From Epithemia pelagica (taxonomy: Eukaryota > Protista > Bacillariophyta): DNA of 64,000 nucleotides. The stretch covers positions 992,001-1,056,000 of the forward strand of contig OX337237.1 in assembly GCA_946965045.2 (NCBI GenBank). The letters run 5' to 3'. The position numbers and the translations under genes are program-made. Shown piece by piece: positions 10,166 to 21,000 of this stretch; position 1 is the first letter of the stretch; every line of letters begins with the position of its first letter. The notes under the pieces were generated by a model. The model ran no database searches. It was not told the DNA's origin and worked only from the letters and a program-made list of their open reading frames with translations.

Positions 10166-10550
10166 CAACGACCAATGACAAAAAAGACAAACGAAGAGCC
10201 CTTTCCTTCCGACTTCCGACTCTTGGTCGATGAACAAAATGGAAACGTACCAGTATCAAGTATCAATGATGTCTGATGTCTGTTCACAACTGCAAAAAGA
10301 AGGAAGGGGTATAAAGAAAGTGGGAGTCAATTGCCCCTTTTCTATTTTCTACTCCCATCGTTCGTGAAGGAGTTGAGCTTATTTTGAAAATTGTACCTAT
10401 CAAAGAGTCCGTCATCTACTCAAGACTGCACCTAGCTATTCCTAGAGACTATGTGACCCCAGCAAAAAACATTTTCCTCATTCGAATTTGTTTGTTCTGT
10501 CTATCCCAAGATGCAGTATTCATAATTCGTCCAGATACACCTACACGAAG

Positions 10551-10634
10551 GTAAGTGTAGTCCTGTCTTCTTAATTGCTCCCTTACCAGTCCACTTCTAT
10601 CTTAATAGCATCTAACCTCGTTTACTTGTGACAG
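10551..10634 (+). other. 5'-UTR intron of dioxygenase copy 2 (84 bp)
   Basis: aag|GTAAGT donor at 10551, CTAAC branch site, GACAG acceptor ending 10634. Confidence 0.7.
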
Positions 10635-10647
10635 GAGATCATCAACA

Positions 10648-11895
10648 ATGACCATGATTTCTCCCATCTGCTCATTCAAAGACAAGAACTTGACCAGGAT
10701 GTCATCCAATCCGTCGTCAAGCAGCAAGCTTGCAGACCTTAAAAACGATGAAACGTTTTCAGCGAGTTCATCGTCAATAAGAATCATGAGTTTGCATGGC
10801 CTCTTGCAATATCAAGGTGGTAGCAATCCCTCTAAAACGCTTCGCAAACGCCTCAGTGCTCTCAAGTCGAGCGGTCAAGAGGTGGGATGGGCCAATGTCC
10901 TAGTCGCCCTTGTCTTGTTGTGTATTGTGACAAACCTTGAATTCACGGTGGTTGACAAGTGGTCCTCAGGTGAACAACCACATGTTCCTTCGCTAGTAGG
11001 AATCCCGTCATGGACTGAACATTTCTTGGGTCAGGCACAAGATGTCATTTTTAATCCGTTTCATGTCTTATATCAACCCACAACGAATGATACCGAACAA
11101 GATGCAGTCTTACGAAAGAGTCTGCTTTCATACCGTGAACGTGCCTCACTGCTCAAGTTTGAAGCAGATCTTGGTGTGGACCCCTCGTCGGAACATTTCA
11201 CCAAGCGAACCAAAAGTATTGCTTTCATGATCAAGCTGGATGGCCAGTGGTTCCAGTTGAACCAAAACTTTTTTAATCAAAACGCTGACTACAATGACTT
11301 TTCCGGAGGCTACAAACGATTCTACGACACTCTCCCGCCTGAGTTTGTGCGTGAACCGGCCACAATCAAACTCATGGATGCCTTTCAAGCCAAATACAAC
11401 CTTCCTGATGGCGAGTTGATTCTATTGCAAATGCAAACCAGTTGGGTCTTTCCGGGAGACGAAGATCGGTGCTTGACCGGACAAGGTATTCATACCGATG
11501 GGGCCGATCGGGCCATGTTGGTTGTGTTGAATCGAGACAATATTGAAGGTGGTCGGAATGCCATATATAAAGATGTTCATGGCCAAAATGCGGTCATCAA
11601 GCCGTTTGTACTCAAGGAAGGTGACTCTCTTTTCTGGAAGGACAATCAGGTCTTTCACCATGTGGAACCGGCACAAGTTAAGGATACTTCCAATGTGGAA
11701 GGCCCGAGTGGTACTCGAACTGTCATTATTGCGCACTATCCGGCTATGCACTACATTACGGGTCACCAGAACTGGAACAATCGTCTTGTTTACGAGCAGG
11801 AGAGCATGGTAGGCAACACCACGGATGATGACGAGTCAGTGGGCGTGGTCACGAAAGCTTTGGAGAGTTTTTATTCTTGGACCAAAGCGTTCTAA
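10648..11895 (+). CDS. 2OG-Fe(II) dioxygenase (PF10014-like) with N-terminal membrane anchor, copy 2
   Basis: 415-aa ORF; C-terminal half identical to copy 1; HTDG...FHHVEP...RTVII motifs. Confidence 0.85.
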   Translation: MTMISPICSFKDKNLTRMSSNPSSSSKLADLKNDETFSASSSSIRIMSLHGLLQYQGGSNPSKTLRKRLSALKSSGQEVGWANVLVALVLLCIVTNLEFTVVDKWSSGEQPHVPSLVGIPSWTEHFLGQAQDVIFNPFHVLYQPTTNDTEQDAVLRKSLLSYRERASLLKFEADLGVDPSSEHFTKRTKSIAFMIKLDGQWFQLNQNFFNQNADYNDFSGGYKRFYDTLPPEFVREPATIKLMDAFQAKYNLPDGELILLQMQTSWVFPGDEDRCLTGQGIHTDGADRAMLVVLNRDNIEGGRNAIYKDVHGQNAVIKPFVLKEGDSLFWKDNQVFHHVEPAQVKDTSNVEGPSGTRTVIIAHYPAMHYITGHQNWNNRLVYEQESMVGNTTDDDESVGVVTKALESFYSWTKAF

Positions 11896-12455
11896 GTGAT
11901 AGACCGGACGAAGATCCTTGACAGAAGGATAAGTTTTTGAAAAATTGAGCAAGAAATTGAAAACTAACCGATTCCTACATAGTTAATGCGCGTTTTAGAA
12001 TAATGGACTTATTGTTTTGTCATTCTAATTCTAGGCCAAATAATTGTTGCCATAGTTCAAGTCCTTGGTTGTCCAACAGGCATAGCCATCATATCAGAAT
12101 GTACGCTCTAGCATTATTGTTGTCCAAAGGCGGTCGCGACAGCAATCAGACATTGTAGTATTGTCTTTGTAATTGCAAAAGATATCACATTATAACGCTA
12201 GAGCTTCTTTTGGACGTGATCGAAAAAGATTCATTGTCTCTCCTTTTCACCATGAGATGATCTTTTGTGCGTATGGTGCCGATGCGTCCTGGCAAGAACG
12301 AGGAAATGCTGTCGTTCAAAGTCTACCAGGTGATTCAACTACTTTTCCAGTCAAAAGTCTTTTTTTGGTCGTTTTCCTTTGCTCATTGCTCTACAATCTT
12401 GGGCCGTTCGAGGCATGGTCCAATTCCTCGGACCAGCACAAGCTTTTTATTCATC

Positions 12456-13901
12456 ATGACTGGGGTGGTTGCGATGCAAGTCTGTTCGGTCAGGGGGCGA
12501 CAAGGCCTGGCATCCTTGGTCTACAGCACATCGTTTTGGTTGCCACGGCAAAAGAGTGGTCCACTTGTATATCTCAATCAACAACCGAGCACCAGGTTAA
12601 GGTTTGTACGACATTACATTTCACGACCCAGCAAAAGCCGAGGATATGTTCCTCATTCTTCTGCTTGTGAATCATGGCGTAATATGGCCCATAAAACTGC
12701 ATTCGAAACGGAACCAGAATGTTTTGTGAGAAATGTTTTGGTGCAAGGCATTGAGACTCTGGAACAATCGAAGGTAGATGAACCATGCGACTCGGTTTTT
12801 CACATGCTGGCGCATGTCTTGAATTTATCGTGGGATACTGGTTTTAAGGAATTACGTTCTGCCTACGCAAGTCTCCGCGCTCAGTCCCATCAGCGGCAGT
12901 CCATCCACTTGTCGGTCCCAACCACAACATCCACTGACGCCAAATGTCTCCTCGATCGAATGCTGACAAACGACGAGATGGACCAATGGACGAATTGTAT
13001 CGAACGACGCTTGAAACATGAACCTATTCAATACATTGTAGGAAAATGGGATTTTTTGGAACATACCTTTCACGTTCAAGCACCATTGCTCTGTCCTCGA
13101 CCAGAAACCGAAGAACTCGTTCTCTTGGCACGCGAAACGATGGAAACAAAAAACCGCATCTCCTGGAACGACGGGACATGTCGTGTGTTGGACATTGGAT
13201 GTGGAACAGGGTGTATTGGAATTTCTCTCGCGGCATCACATCCAGTCCATGTCATGGCACTCGATGTGGATCCAATCGCCGTCGCTGTTTCAAACGCAAA
13301 TGCCCAACAAATTTTGGACGTTTCGGCAAATCAAAGATACAAGGCCCACTTGATGAATATATCCGACTTTGATCCTTATTCTCTGCTGTGGAATGCATCG
13401 AGCAGCAGTAGTGAAGGTACAAGAGAGGATCCCTTTGATCATGACGAGATGACATTCCAGGAGGAAGGCGGGGCTTTGTTTGATTTGGTGATTTCCAATC
13501 CCCCCTATATTCCACCCAGGGAAATGGCACTCTTAGACTCCACCGTTCGAGACTTTGAAAGTCACGTGGCTCTATCAGGTGTGGATGCAGATGGGATGCA
13601 AGTGATTCGTGACATTGTCCAGGGTTTGCCAGAGTGGTGCAATCCGGGTGCTATTTGTTGGATGGAAGTGCATCCTACGCAGCCTGCCTTGATTAAAAAA
13701 TGGTTGTCGTCCTCGTCCTCATTGGTAGATCCAGAGAAAGACAAATCTCTTACATCAACGTCTCCTAACTTGGTCGGGGATTCAACGGTCACAAGAGCAC
13801 CCCCACGGTGTGTGAAATTCGTTCAGACCGTGCAAGACTTTGCGGGCAAGGACCGATTTGTGCAACTGCGTGTCGACCGGGATGCGAGTTGCAACAAGTG
13901 A
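12456..13901 (+). CDS. prmC: HemK/PrmC-family release factor glutamine N5-methyltransferase, probably organellar
   Basis: RRLKHEPIQYIVGKWDF, LCPRPETEELV, VLDIGCGTGCIG (SAM motif I), DLVISNPPYIP. Likely ATG at 12456, followed by an R/S-rich transit-like N-terminus; the ORF-track start at 12267 is upstream in frame. Confidence 0.9.
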   Translation: MTGVVAMQVCSVRGRQGLASLVYSTSFWLPRQKSGPLVYLNQQPSTRLRFVRHYISRPSKSRGYVPHSSACESWRNMAHKTAFETEPECFVRNVLVQGIETLEQSKVDEPCDSVFHMLAHVLNLSWDTGFKELRSAYASLRAQSHQRQSIHLSVPTTTSTDAKCLLDRMLTNDEMDQWTNCIERRLKHEPIQYIVGKWDFLEHTFHVQAPLLCPRPETEELVLLARETMETKNRISWNDGTCRVLDIGCGTGCIGISLAASHPVHVMALDVDPIAVAVSNANAQQILDVSANQRYKAHLMNISDFDPYSLLWNASSSSSEGTREDPFDHDEMTFQEEGGALFDLVISNPPYIPPREMALLDSTVRDFESHVALSGVDADGMQVIRDIVQGLPEWCNPGAICWMEVHPTQPALIKKWLSSSSSLVDPEKDKSLTSTSPNLVGDSTVTRAPPRCVKFVQTVQDFAGKDRFVQLRVDRDASCNK

Positions 13902-14345
13902 ATTTTGATCAAATTGTCGAGAAACGCATCGAGGGATGGCTGCGAATCCTCCGTTGCCTGTTTCGTTGATTGACTGTCATACAACAAACATGTGTCCTGG
14001 GAGGCAACCATTCCGCCGCAACTGGTTCCATGAATCGGCGTCCATGACATGTTCGTCTCGGAGAGGCTTTTCATCGTGTACAACGTCGGACGTGCTCATA
14101 AGCTTCGGTTGGCGGGAATCGACCAATCTGGTCCGAGATAACTTCATTTGGATCGCTCAGTTATGACCATCTTAGAAGATGATGGCTTTCCATTTCATCG
14201 TTATATACTCCTACTCATCTAGGAGGAGGAGGAGTAGCTATTATGGTAGCTATCATAAAAAAACAGATAACTAACCCGGATTTTTCGTCCTTGTCGCAAC
14301 GGTCCCTCAATCTCAATGTCTCTCCAAGATTTTTTGCAACAAAAG

Positions 14346-14676
14346 TGTTGAAATTACTAAAAGTTCGCTTATCAGAAAAATTATACACTCGTTACATGAA
14401 ATCTACCCTGATCCACAGGTGGGAGTCTTACACAGCTCCTACCAAAATCGGCCAAATAGCCGGGGTAGTTTCGACACATTTGTCATGCATTGCCAAATAT
14501 CGGCCACATTTTCAACAAAATTGTGGCCCATATTTGGCAATGAACGACAAATGTGTGGAAACTACCACGGCTATGTGGCCGATTTTGGTGGGAGCTGTGT
14601 ACGACTCCCATCTGTGAGCCAGGATAGTTTTCTCTGTAATGAACGTATAATCTTTCTGATAAGCGAATTTTTAGCA
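14346..14676 (+). repeat. 5' LTR of outer Copia (interrupted at 14356-14517)
   Basis: tgttgaaatt (14346-14355) + insert + aaattgtggccc...ttttagca. 14518-14651 matches 31356-31490 with no difference seen. Confidence 0.9.
14356..14517 (-). mobile_element. Solo LTR of a sister family (~90% similar), inverted, inserted 10 bp inside the outer 5' LTR
   Basis: Reverse complement reads tgttgaaaatgtggccgatatttggc...gataagcgaacttttagt(a). Flanked by aaat/aaatt duplication (14351-14355 and 14518-14522). No PBS or internal sequence adjacent. Confidence 0.85.
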
Positions 14677-14690
14677 GTTTATCAGACCCA
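14677..14690 (+). promoter_or_regulatory. Primer-binding-site-like motif GTTTATCAGACCCA
   Basis: Immediately follows the LTR CA; the identical motif follows the LTR of the third Copia (42898-42911). Confidence 0.65.
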
Positions 14691-14723
14691 TTCGTTCCGA
14701 TTTTTCGAGTGAACTACATCACC

Positions 14724-16325
14724 ATGGTACTAACTGCTGCCCAGACGACGTCTTTCTTTCAAGATGCCGATCAAATGGGCATTCCCCAAGCAACGGTAAC
14801 TCAACTTCAAGTTGAAGGAATTAGCACAATCCCTGACCTAGCTGATTTTGACAAGAAAACACTCCAGCAAGTGGCCGACAACTTACGGAAACCGGGTGGC
14901 AGAGTTCCAGATCCGAACCCTGGGGCAGCTGCAGGAGCAACAATTCCGACACCACCATTCGTACTCGGCGCCAAGTCACAACACCGTCTAACTGTGGCAT
15001 GTGAATTGGTACGCTATTATAACACTGTTGGACGTGATATGACCTCTGGGAACATGAGGTGGACCCATGTCATGAAGAACTTTGAAGCCCAATGGAAGGC
15101 ATTGAAGACACGAAAGGACTCAGATGACCCAGATGTCCCCAAAATCAGCAAGGCGTTACCTATCATCAAGTGGACCGAAGCTTTTCAGGACTACCTTCAC
15201 CGTCTCATTGGGGTGAGAACCATTCCTCTGGCATATGTGATTCGACAGGAGGTAGATGTACCTGTGGTTCCACCTACTCAAGCTAACAACAAGCCACACT
15301 CGACAGTGTACGGCTCGATTGAAGTTGAATTGGTTGCACGCGCATCTCACAACCATGAACTATACAGAGAAGACAATGCATCTGTATACTATCACCTCGA
15401 AGAAGCAACTAGAGGAACGACGTATGCAGCGTCTATTAAACCTTATCAACGAAATAAAGATGGTCGAGGCGCATGGACGGCTTTGACAAGCCAGTATGCA
15501 GGACAAGACAAATGGGAGGCTGAAATCAAGCGCCAAGACGACCTTCTTCACACACGAGTATGGAAAGGACAGAACAGCTTTCCGTTAGAAGGGTTCATTG
15601 CGCAGCACAGAAATGCGTATGTCTCCATGCAACAGTGTGCTGATCATGTCTCGTATCAATTGCCCAATGAACACACGCGTGTTGGGTACTTACTTGAAGG
15701 GATTCAATGCTCTGATGCTGGACTACAAGCCGCAATGGCAAGTGTCCGCACTGATACTGACCCTGATGGGATGCGCAACAGATTCGAGAAGGCCGCGGCG
15801 CACCTCCTGCCCTACGATCCTGTGGCTAAGAAAAGAGCCGCCGCCACCAATAACAAGCGCAATGCCGCGCAAATCTCTTCTGTTGAGATTGATGACACTA
15901 CCGTGACAGCTGAAGCGAGCTCCACGACCGCTGCAAAGAAGCAGAGCATTGGGAAGACGGGGGTCCATCTCCGATACCATACTCCCAGTGAGTATGACAA
16001 CCTGACCGATGAGTAGAAAGATGAACTGCGAGAATGGCGCAAAGCCAACCCTTCAAAGAAGAAGAACAACCAGAACGATAAGAAAGGGAAAAGCAACAAG
16101 TCTGTCAAACGGCAACTGGCTTCCGTCGTGGCCAAGGAACTTAAAAAGTTCGCAAAGAATGGAATCGAAGAAGAAAAGGAGACGACCGATTTGCAAGCGC
16201 AAATTGCCAGTATGGTTCAAAATGCTGTCAAGGAACAGCTAGCTCTTCCACCCGCACCACCAGCCGCTGATCCCAAGAAACCATCCACCCTACAGTCCAT
16301 CCTCAAGCAAGCGAAGTTCTCGTGA
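14724..16325 (+). pseudogene. gag: gag of outer Copia with premature TAG at 16014-16016
   Basis: ATG 14724. The frame continues after the TAG (DE*KDELREWRK) and aligns with DEEKAEILRARK of the third element's Gag. Natural stop TGA at 16323-16325. Confidence 0.85.
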
Positions 16326-16802
16326 GGGCGTCCGGCCATGTCCTCATCCTTGAGAGGAGGGATATTGCAGCCGGACAACACAAAACCATGGGACCCTGGA
16401 AAACACGGACAATTCGAGCATGAATGCCAATGCATGCAGCATGAGTCCATTGTTCCAAACCGATGCTTTGCGATTGTTGCCGCTGCATCACTGGACAATG
16501 ATGAGGAAATGCAGGACATGGATGGGGAGCATCAAACGGAGCTGGACAGCCATGCCAACATGCCTGTTGTCGGGCGGCATGGGTACATTATAAACAAACA
16601 TGGGAGGAAGGTCGACGTTAGTCCTTTCACACCCCAATACAAATCGATGCAAGCGGAACTGGTGGACGCCATTGTCCGTTACGACTGCCCGTATGCAGGG
16701 AAGCCATACCTTCTCGTCATTCAAAACGCCTTGTGGGTTCAAGCAATGGAGAACAACTTGATCCCACCGTTCATTCTGAGAGAGGCAGGCATCAAGGTCA
16801 AC
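16326..16802 (+). pseudogene. pol: pol of outer Copia, 5' part (protease, ELDSHAN motif), cut by the inner element
   Basis: In frame with gag after TGA; the reading frame ...GIKVN resumes as VNERAKIHTD at 27150. Confidence 0.85.
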
Positions 16803-17571
16803 GAGTTAAAGTACGGCTAGCTATAGACCTAGAACTACCTTTCGAAGAACAACACCTAGACTCTATGAGAGTACACGTCTACCATGACATAGCTGTGCCA
16901 TCTGTCCTGCAAGCTTGTGCGAACACGTGCGTGGACGGCTGACGAAGCTGTGCCCATGTATGTGACATGTCCGAGCCTGCGGCACAATGTTCCCTCTCTG
17001 AATAACCCTGGTGTTTTGTGATACACATTTACATATGCCCACTACTATCTACGACAGGCAAAAGCCGGACGAGCTCCACTCGGAAGCAAAGTCCAGGCTA
17101 TGTCTCACCTAAAACATACACGTCTCCAACTTACAACAAGATTCACCAAAGGATCATGGATACTTGGTTCAAGCCAATAGTTCCACCTCTATCCCCCACA
17201 GTTTGAGTATATGGAACAGGTTCTATGCACTAAGAGAACAGGTTCCATTAGTCCCTAAACGTAGAGCGTCTGTAGCGCCTTACCTAGAAGTCAAAGATGT
17301 TTCTTCACCGGGCCCAACGATTCGGGAAAAGTAAACTCTTTATGACTGAAAGGAAGTAAGGAAAGAGCAATCATGAGAAACAAACACTTTCGATAGAATA
17401 AGCTCACTTCTTATAAAAACCTGAAAGTTGTAAGCAACCTTTAGGAAGGAGTCAACCATACTAACCTAGTACAAGGTGAGGGCCCCATCGTGTACCGAGT
17501 GAACTGGTTGACTACAGAAGTTCAGAGCACTAACCATCACGTCTTACGTTAGTTTTTCTACATACATCAAG
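16803..17571 (+). repeat. 5' LTR of inner Copia (ends +/-1 nt)
   Basis: gagttaaagtacggc...catacatcaag, duplicated at 26382-27150. Confidence 0.95.
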
Positions 17572-18051
17572 TGGTTATTGAGCCCAAAGAGGCTGACGAA
17601 CCGTACGCCTCCTCTATCGTATTGCCGACAAGACCGACGGACCGAACCAACCTCTCTTCAGTGTGAATTATTGTATTCATCAGGAAGGGAACGACAAATC
17701 TCCATTGCTACGTGGTTATCGACCCACTAGCATCCAACCAAGCGCGCCGGAAGCCATCAAGGCTCCAACCAAGGTACCAACACGAGCGACGAGGACTCAC
17801 CAACTTCCAGTGGTGCAGGAAGCTTCGACCTCGTGTCCATACCAGGTGACGAAGACACCGTATCCAGTACCGTTGATCTTCCAACACCTGTAGCCAATCC
17901 GACGAACGAAGACGCCCTTGTTGACGAACAAGGACAGAGTATTGCTGCTTCGGAATCGCAGATTGTTGAGTCTCCACCAGGTCCATCTAACAACGACACC
18001 CAACATCAGGGTTTGATTGTTGCATCTCAACGACAAAGAAGGAAGACCACC

Positions 18052-21000
18052 ATGAGTGACGAGACTCCTACTCCTCCACCCGGTATCGATTACCGCCCCG
18101 ACCCGCCGAAGATTGGCGGACTGGTCCGAAGCAAGAAGGACGAATGGGTGGCCTGGACTGGAGGAAAACCCACGTACAAGTGGGATGGGTTAGAGGTAAA
18201 GGCGACAGAACCACTGCGAACGATGCAGATACGTACCCTGACCGACAAGAAATACTACGATCGTATCTCCGGGCCTGACGAAAAGTACAGCAAGAAGACC
18301 GGTGATTTTAGCCGTCTCCAGGATGAAATCAAGCAGCACTTGATTAAACACGGCATGGACTCGATCGCATACCTCCCCAATCCTCATGATCCCAAAGACA
18401 TGTTGTTCATTGTAATCGAGCACCCAAAATATACGATGAGCAAGGTGAAGGAATTGATGAAGACGCAGATTGTGAGTTATGACAAGTACGACAGAAACAA
18501 CGACGTCAGTGCCCAGGACTACTTACTGGACTGTTTGGAAAAGTCCTTTAGGCACGAAGTTGAGGACCAGAGTCGGGAAGTGACGTGCTTCCCCGAGCTC
18601 TTCATGGTCCTTGTCACCATCGTGACACATGATTCCCCGCAGCACTGGGAACAAGTGAAGCACGAGATGCGAGCTCTTGTGCCTCACAAGTACCCTGGCC
18701 ACGATATTATGGCGTTGACTAAAGACTTTTCGGAAAAAGCGCGACCGTTGATCGCAGCTGGACAGTACGACCACACTCTGACTGGGAACCTCCTAGCTAA
18801 CATCCTCAAGACTGAATGGCCTGACACGCCTAAGTTCGACCTACTTACTCTGAACAAGCGTGTCAATGACGGTATTATCCATATTCGGTTTCTAGATCGC
18901 TCTATCGGAGACAGTCATATGAAGAAAGAGCGTCTTTTGTACACAGATGTTATCGAAGAGGCGAACAAGAAGTACCTAATCTGTGTCAAGGAAGGTGAAT
19001 GGTCACCTAAACGAAGTTCTCCTGATTCTAAATCCGTCCCCTCTTCGTTCACCGCTAACAAGGCTACCGTTTCGAAGACTAAGAAGAAACGGCATTCTAT
19101 TATGACTCAAGCTAGTCTTAATGCACTCATTCAGACACTTCGAAACCCGCCGGGTTCCAATCCGACTCCAAGCAATGGACCAAACACCCAGCCTGGCTCC
19201 AATCACCGCGACAGGAAGGGAAAGCCGATTCACAAGCGTAACAACACTCGCGTTGATCGATCGCAGGCTCACCCTTGGAAGAAGATCCCTCCTGCTCCTG
19301 GTGCACCTGAGCAGCAGACGATCCAGGGTCAGCGGTGGTTCTGGTGTGGTGTTTGTACCCGTTGGAACACCTCTCACACCACGGCAAACCATATTGTTGG
19401 GTATAAAAAGTCTCCTGGCGACAAGGACAAAGCAAAACCTCGGAATGCCACCCATGCGAAGAAACTTGAACTCGAAGTATCCGCTTGGCAGACCGAATTC
19501 GATCTCGACCAACTTGATCCTCCTGCCTTGCCCGTCGCTGCTTTACCCGACTGTATGTCCCTTGCCTCTGTGGATTGTTGCGAAGCTCTGATGAATGATG
19601 ATGATGATTGTTGCGATTCGGTTGATTGTTGCAAGGACACCGTCGACCACTACGTCTTCTTCACCATTTGGGACATGTCACCATCCGATGACAGCTCGTC
19701 CATGGACTGCAGTTCCACCAACTCTGGAAACGACGATGATGACACTGACCGGACACCGCCTATTCCGTTTGACGAATTGCGCCGCATCCTGTCACCCAAC
19801 AACAATGAACCAACCGCCACCAATCACAACGATAGCGACCACAAGGATGATGACAATGAATCATGCACTTGCAACACAGAAACAAAAGAAAAGAAAACAA
19901 GCACAAATAATGAAACAGTCTCGATCTGTCGACCTCACAAGGACGATGACAGCTCCACTGAAAGTGAAGACAACGAAGATGAGTATGCTGATATGCCACC
20001 ACTTGTGGCACAAAAACTCACACCAGTTGTGGCAAACAAAGACTTACCGAGTTCGGCAAGTAACAAGGAAGAAGAACAAGAAAAGAAAAAGGGAAAGTTG
20101 AGTGGATCGCATGCCAAGACACTGTACTTCGACAGGTGGGACGACATCGATATGTGGTACGGCAGTGACCACAGTCCCACAGACCAACGTACCTTCTCTA
20201 GCGTTGAAGCCAACGCAGCTGTGCACGACAAAAGCTTCGACAGCACCAAGATCGAGCAGGAGGACGAACAGGATAGTTATGAGAATGCTGGTGGTTTGGA
20301 CACAACCATGGACACACAAGAAGGATCGCTTATCAGCCATGACAACAGCAGCGACCTTACCCACCTCAAGAACCTGCAAGAAGGACTCCTGGACGACTCG
20401 AAGCCGCCAGCTCTTCGGCGACCCGAGATCTCACCGGTGACGAACCCGACGCCATTGCGCCATGACCAATTCCCGACTCCTGCCACTGAAGCTCTTGAGC
20501 AGTGGACTCGAGGTTTTGTACCTCGGCCACGTCCACGTGATCCACGCATCTCCATCGAGCAAGAAGCCAACACAGCAAAAAGAGACGGAATGAGGTACGA
20601 AAGGGCGCAGTACACGGTGTACGCTCTTCGACATCAAGAACCAGAACTTACCGTGGCTGTCGCCTACCAGCGAGTCAAGGACGAAGAATGGTTCGTGGGA
20701 TGGTTCATTGATGGAACCAGAATCCCAAACCATCCGAATCCAGCTCCCGTCTGGCCCGAGATGAGTGTGCACTCAACTCCTCTTCCTTGCCTTCTTCGCT
20801 CTCGAATCATGGAGCACCGACCCATTGACCAGAAATATGATCAATTCGTCTCGTTCTTGAATCAGAGTAACGCCACGCCTTCTCCCGTGAATATTTCCGA
20901 TCCACCGACCGTCGATCTACATTCAAGAAGCGCAGCGTGTGAGACCTTGGAGAACATGGCTGATGAATCTGTATCATCCACCTCTTTCGTCGACAACAGT

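Larger units (their letters stand above)
10410..12490 (+). repeat. Segmental duplication, copy 2
   Basis: Colinear with 1050-3130; continues into the intact HemK gene. Confidence 0.9.

Noticed and set aside
1321-13901. Toxin or secondary-metabolite cluster (e.g. domoic-acid-like)
   Set aside because: No prenyltransferase, P450 or synthase gene is present, and the methyltransferase has housekeeping HemK motifs.
14356-14676. MITE or foldback DNA transposon
   Set aside because: Both arms are LTR sequence, and the aaat(t) duplication explains the palindrome as a nested inverted solo LTR.
16014-16016. Second programmed readthrough (TAG inside outer gag)
   Set aside because: It aligns to a Glu in the intact third-element Gag, has no obvious downstream stem, and is a one-base change from CAG/GAG: an ordinary nonsense mutation.
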